DNA from: Azolla caroliniana
Lineage: Eukaryota; Plantae; Polypodiophyta
NCBI GenBank assembly: GCA_043228905.1
Contig: JBHGNT010000016.1
Coordinates: 2,232,001 to 2,296,000 of the forward strand
Length of the DNA: 64,000 nt
Reading direction: 5' to 3'
A program made the translations under genes and the position numbers. The notes below the pieces were generated by a model. That model saw only the letters and a list, made by a program, of their open reading frames with translations. It had not been told where the DNA came from and did not search any database. This document shows positions 59,182-64,000 of this stretch, one piece after another. Numbering within the stretch: the first letter of the stretch is position 1; every line of letters starts with the position of its first letter.

Positions 59182-61443
59182 TTTTTTTTTTTTTTCTCCA
59201 AAAAAAAACTCCTTCCATTAGTTATAAAACTTTACAAATGAGACGATTATATACAAATCCCTGAAGGGACGCGATAGTTCCATCTTATGTGGATGCCCAC
59301 TGACTCAAGAAAGGGAGAGGACGACCATTGTTGGATGAAGGCTATTCGTTGTCTTTCAACTCCCTCGGAGCCGCCCTTAAGGCCATCATATTGGCTCTTT
59401 TGAGTGGCTACAATTTCACTCCATATCTCTTGCAGTAACCTTGTTGGATGTGCGGTTTGGTTGGAGAAGACTCGCCTACATCGTTGTTTCCATAGAATCC
59501 AAAGGGTTATTGGGCTAACCAATTCCAACACCTCTTGAGATTTGTCATTAAGAGGAATGGAGTGGACATTGCCTCTGGAGGAGAAAAGAACCTATTGTGC
59601 TTTTATCACCAAAGTCATCCCCTCCTCCTGATGCTCGTATCTGCCAATTGTGGCCTGCCATGATAGCCAACATATATTTCCCCACTTGATTGAGCCTTGC
59701 ACCTGACATAATTGCAACAAGCGGCCAACCCCCCGCCATATTCGATGGGATGTTGGGCAATTCCACAGAGCATGTCATATTGATTCTACTGCATGTGGGC
59801 ACTCTACACAATTAGGAGAGCTAAGGTTCCTAGGTTGGCATGCTCCCACCGGTAGGGACTTATGTATTAATAGCCATTGGAACGTGGTAATTCGCCTCGC
59901 GTGTTGTTGTTTCCAGATTTTCTGTCAAAACTTGGTGATTATTGTGGAAGGAACTTGAAATGTGTGCCAGACCTTTGCAGCTGTCGGTTCTCGAGCGGCT
60001 TGAACAACTAGAATGTGGCGTCCCAATCTAGTTGTGAATTGGAAGAAAGGGATGGGTTTGCGTCCTTGCCCCGCGTAGGGATCATGCCATGTCCATTGCA
60101 AAGGGTCCCAACTGACCTTACGTAGCCATGTGTTTTCATGAGTACATATATGCCAATCGGGTTGTACTTTGATCGGATCAAGATCTACAATCCATTTATG
60201 ACCAGTATATGTGAGTACTCAAATTGCATTATTTTGTGTTGGTGTCTCAGTGCCTCACAATTCAGAGCCTTCAAGTCTGTCTAGTGGTTCCTTAGCTCTC
60301 GGGATTAGAGATCCCTCCTCCTCGTGGCCTATCCATTTCTCCATTGTCGTCCTTTGAGTAGCAGATTCCCTAATTAGTAGAGTGTTAATGATTTCCGATC
60401 TCATAGTCCATCCGCCCCTTATTCCATGGAGTATGTTCGCTTGATCTTGTAGTTGCATTGACATAAACCGTCGCCAACATTCTATACTTTTTCCTGAACC
60501 TTCTACAATGTATCCCCATGACAACCCCTTACGTGATCCCACTAGTTGATTAGAGTCATCCTTGAGATATGGGTTCCATAGGATACGTTGATTGAGCCAG
60601 GCAGGTTCGGATCTCAGTTGATCACACTTAAGCCCTCGACGAATGTCACACCATGCCTTCCACATGGATGCACTGAATCTATCCTCCAAATGTCGGGAGA
60701 AACTAGGTTTGAGATCCATGTTTAGAATCCATCCTGTTTGAGGGGCCCAATTGACCCCTTTTCGTGGCCTAAAGTAAGCGAAATGTAACCTCAATAGCAT
60801 TTTCCAACAATCATTTCCTGGTTGGAGTCCTCGCACCAAAAATTTGGCAAGTAAGGCTTTCGATTGTGAAAGGGTATCAATAAGAGCCAATCCCCCTCTC
60901 AACTTAGGCGTTGTGAGTATAGGCCACGCCACCTTGGCGCAACTTACATGGTCTTCCTTACTAGACCAAGTGTAGTTGCGGACCGGTCGTTGAATCTGAT
61001 GTATACTTTCCTTGGAGATTGTCCAGCATGATAGACTGTACCATGCTATTGCGAGTAGTACTTGATTTGCCACTATGATGTGACCCACTAGCATCAATTT
61101 CGAATGTATCAACTTTTGTCGAATGGAATGGATAATGGGTGCAATCATAGTCTCTGACGGTATGTTGAAACCAATTTGGAAACCCAAATATTTGGTGTTG
61201 ACTCCTTGATTGATCCATTTGAAAGCGGGATGTGGGTGCCACGCCGGATGTGTTTCTTGAGAGAGCCATATTGCGCAGGATTTGTGCCAATTGATCATAG
61301 CGTTGGATCTCTTGCAAAATACAGCTAGCCCACTTTCTAGCTTTTGGAGGTTTTCCAAGTCCCCTTGCAGGTAGACTGCTATGTCATCTACAAATTCTAT
61401 ATCCAGGATGCTTTGGTGAGAATGAGGTATGGGAAGACCACGT
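59182..61443 (-). mobile_element. LINE ORF2 3' part (RT end to tail), interrupted by LTR retrotransposon
   Basis: Minus strand RGLPIPHS..EFVDD..INWHKS..KYLGFQIG..GGLALID..; T-run tail at 59182; homology stops exactly at the TG start of the LTR. Confidence 0.9.
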
Positions 61444-62232
61444 TGTCGTAGTGTATTTCGTAAACTACGTGAAAAAGTAAAAATAATATAACCGATTTAA
61501 TTACATATAAATAAATAAAATAAGAATATCAAGATATTTATCACGTGCATAGGGCAAGATTTGAACCTTGTACCTCCACGTAGCCAAATCTCAACTTTAC
61601 CATTATGCTAGCTTATCTTTAGTGTTCTATAAATAGATTTAATAACTATAAGTGCTTTATTTGCACCTACCTTTATTAAAAGGTAAATCGTGCATTTTTA
61701 GAGTGCGTGAATATTTTATAGAAAAACGCAAGCAACTAAAAAGTGACTCATGCACATCTAGCGTGCATGAGCACTATATTTAGCAAATAAAAGCAAGGAT
61801 TAGAAAAGCATCACATGCACATTTAGTGTGCATGAACATATTAGAAAAAAAGCATGTAGCTATGCTTAGTCTCTCCCATCACTACATAAGGATGGGGAGC
61901 ACAATGTAATAGGTGTGTGAAATATTTGGAAATTGGATATATTTTCGAAAACACCAACCGATTAATATAATCGTGGGATTCACGAAAATAATATAATCTA
62001 TACTTGTGGGATTCACAAGTTTCTTATATCTTTCTTTCAATCTAAATACATATTCTTATCTAAATATTGATTAATCGAATAAAATACACTCGTGGGATTC
62101 ACGAAATTTCTATCTCTCTTTCTAATAATCTATTCATTACGAGCCTCATCTCATATTCTTCTTTCTCCTAGTCCAAAACCTCGGCGGTTCCCACCCGACT
62201 CACGCAACGATCCGGAGCCGAAAGGCACGACA
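61444..62232 (+). mobile_element. 5' LTR of LTR retrotransposon (probably Ty3/gypsy non-chromovirus)
   Basis: Termini tgtcgt...acgaca (6-bp inverted repeat), followed by PBS and a Gag-like ORF. Predicted TSD cacgt (61439-61443); the 3' LTR lies outside the window. Confidence 0.82.
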
Positions 62233-62236
62233 CAGT

Positions 62237-62254
62237 TGGTGAACCCGACGCGAA
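62237..62254 (+). promoter_or_regulatory. Primer-binding site complementary to tRNA-Trp 3' end
   Basis: tggtgaacccgacgcgaa vs TGGTGAACCCGACGTGAA, the reverse complement of the recalled plant cytosolic tRNA-Trp 3' end (17/18 match). Confidence 0.8.
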
Positions 62255-62270
62255 GGCGGGTGGCAAGGAG

Positions 62271-64000
62271 ATGGAGAATCAACAAGAGGCAATGAGCATA
62301 ACGATGATGATGATGTTCGAGCGGATGCTACAAGAACAACGAGTGATGTCGGAGATCACGGGGGCAGTAAAGCGGCTCGTACAACGAAACGGACAATTCA
62401 ACGGAAATGATGTGTCACGCTATCTACATGACTACAAGGCGGAGATGATACGATGTGGGATACCGGAAGGATTGCAAGTGACATCCTTCAATCGGGTGGC
62501 CACGGATGAGCTACAAGAGAGAATCCACAAGATACGGCAACAAAACTCGACATGGGGATCATTTGAAGAAGCTTTACGAGAGGCATATGATTACAAGAGA
62601 TCGAAGGGAAAAGATCGGCGAGAATTCGACGAATGGGTGGCATCGGAGAAGACCCAACAAAGTGCAACACAAGCATTCCTAGAGTTCGAGCATCGTCTTG
62701 CTCGACTCTCGGAGCGGGAACAACGGTTGGTGGGAGAGGATAAAGTCCTAATGTTCGTAAAATCGATCGATCGAAAAGAAAGGATGGACATCGGGATCGA
62801 ACTCGAAGACGATGAAGGTACGAATGGTCTTACCGAAGATTGGGCCGAAGTCCAAAGGGTATGCCGGAGACATGATGAGAGGAAGATGAGAATCTTGTCA
62901 ACGACATGGCCGATGAAGGATGGTCGATTGAAGACAAACGATGGAGCCGATATGAAGGCCGAAATACAACATGATGGTCCGACGGAAGAGGGTGTAAAAC
63001 AAGCTACCCTCTTGTCTTGCGAAAGAACAACGACAAAGGATAAGGCCGATAACCCAAGTGTAGAAGAAGATTTCGGAATACAAGTGTCCGAAACATCGGG
63101 TGAAAAAGGGGTAAGCATAATTGATGTTTGCATAATTGATGCAGTGAAAGAGAGCAAGGAGGACTTGATTGAGGAGGTCACCATGAAAGATGACATCGAA
63201 TTGAAGGTGGCTATGGACGAATCAACGACGGATGGCCATATCGAGACTTCCCCACCACTGATTCCAGAGACTCCGGCGGTTGCGTTCGAAAGGCAACGTG
63301 AGACCGAAGAGACGGAAGGTGGCGGAGAGAAAACAAAGGTCGAAGTTGATGCATACGACGGAGAGATAGCCGAGAATATGGCTATGGGTGAAACAATGGA
63401 GGATGATAATACCGAGGATTCCTACCCACTAATTCTAGAGACTTCGGCGGTTGTGTCCGAGAACCAACGTGAGACCGGAGAGACGGGAGGTGGCGGCAAG
63501 AAAGGTAAAGTCGGAAGCCAGTTAGGATGGAAGGTGATCCGGACGGGATTCCGATCCGAAAGAAAGCCGAACCGGGTAAAAGAGGATTCGACCGAAAGTC
63601 GACCCGAAAGAAAGCCGAACCGAAAGGAAGAGAATTCGATCGAAAGACGACACAAACGAAAGCCGAACCGGGCGAATGAGGATTCGGCCGAAAGACGACC
63701 CAAAAGAAAGCCGACCCGAAAAGGGGTCGACTCGGTCAAAACCGATCGACTGAGTCTGACTTGGCCAAACGCGAATATGGATGGAAGCCGACCTAGCCGA
63801 AAGCCAATCCGACGAGACCGATCCAGAAAGAAGCTAATCCGACTCAACCGAAGGTTGGACTGGTCGAGGCTGGTAAAAACGAGGAAAAGAAAGCCAACCG
63901 AAACCGAAACCGATAGATCGAAACCGGGCCGGAAGGAGACCGACTCAATCGAAACCGAACAACCGATTCCGATTCGGCCGAATACGAATCCGATCGGAAG
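62271..64000 (+). CDS. Retrotransposon Gag-like protein (open to window end, partial)
   Basis: Stop-free frame from ATG 62271: MENQQEA..GQFNGNDVSRYLHDYKAEM..TWGSFEEALREAY..EFEHRLARLSE..DKVLMFVKSID..GLTEDWAEV, then acidic and K/R-rich repeats. Not in the ORF track because it has no stop. Confidence 0.8.
   Translation, partial: MENQQEAMSITMMMMFERMLQEQRVMSEITGAVKRLVQRNGQFNGNDVSRYLHDYKAEMIRCGIPEGLQVTSFNRVATDELQERIHKIRQQNSTWGSFEEALREAYDYKRSKGKDRREFDEWVASEKTQQSATQAFLEFEHRLARLSEREQRLVGEDKVLMFVKSIDRKERMDIGIELEDDEGTNGLTEDWAEVQRVCRRHDERKMRILSTTWPMKDGRLKTNDGADMKAEIQHDGPTEEGVKQATLLSCERTTTKDKADNPSVEEDFGIQVSETSGEKGVSIIDVCIIDAVKESKEDLIEEVTMKDDIELKVAMDESTTDGHIETSPPLIPETPAVAFERQRETEETEGGGEKTKVEVDAYDGEIAENMAMGETMEDDNTEDSYPLILETSAVVSENQRETGETGGGGKKGKVGSQLGWKVIRTGFRSERKPNRVKEDSTESRPERKPNRKEENSIERRHKRKPNRANEDSAERRPKRKPTRKGVDSVKTDRLSLTWPNANMDGSRPSRKPIRRDRSRKKLIRLNRRLDWSRLVKTRKRKPTETETDRSKPGRKETDSIETEQPIPIRPNTNPIG

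Noticed and set aside
3221-61612. tRNA-like sequences as real tRNA genes
   Set aside because: A/B boxes are present but I could not form acceptor and anticodon stems; treated as SINE-like.
27720-63740. Shared 16-aa/48-bp period in the CCR extension and the Gag repeats
   Set aside because: No sequence similarity (acidic/hydrophobic versus basic); the period is coincidental.
62591-63847. Minus-strand ORFs of 201 and 141 aa
   Set aside because: Antisense shadows of the open plus-strand Gag-like frame.

Overview
AT-rich nuclear DNA from a land plant, most likely a fern (inferred from the style of the PLS-PPR fragments and LINE families; not verified). The left third has four host genes: a 6-exon PHD+BAH chromatin protein with a very long acidic/Q-rich N-terminus, an intronless GT4 glycosyltransferase, an intronless acylated glutaredoxin/4xCxxC protein, and a 6-exon RMI1/TDRD3-type OB-fold protein with RG repeats. 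22.9-52.7 kb is a minus-strand cinnamoyl-CoA reductase (CCR) tandem array: two intact copies (A, C), a chimeric pseudogene (B) and an orphan last exon. Copies A and B carry an N-terminal extension built from degenerate 16-aa repeats. Intron 3 of copy B holds a near-full-length decayed L1-type LINE and a 2-kb poly(A)-tailed insertion with an 18-bp TSD. That insertion joins a LINE-like 3' end, an intronless RAVE/DMXL (Rav1p_C) fragment and PPR fragments, and was later hit by a solo LTR. There are many 5'-truncated LINE ends from several families, all finishing in ACTAATG-N(7-12)-T(n)-GG-A(n), plus hAT/Mutator MITEs and tRNA-like SINE units. At the right edge is the 5' end of an LTR retrotransposon with a tRNA-Trp PBS inserted into a LINE. 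Gene models were assembled by eye from GT/AG sites and reading-frame phase. Family assignments come from recalled motifs, not database searches.
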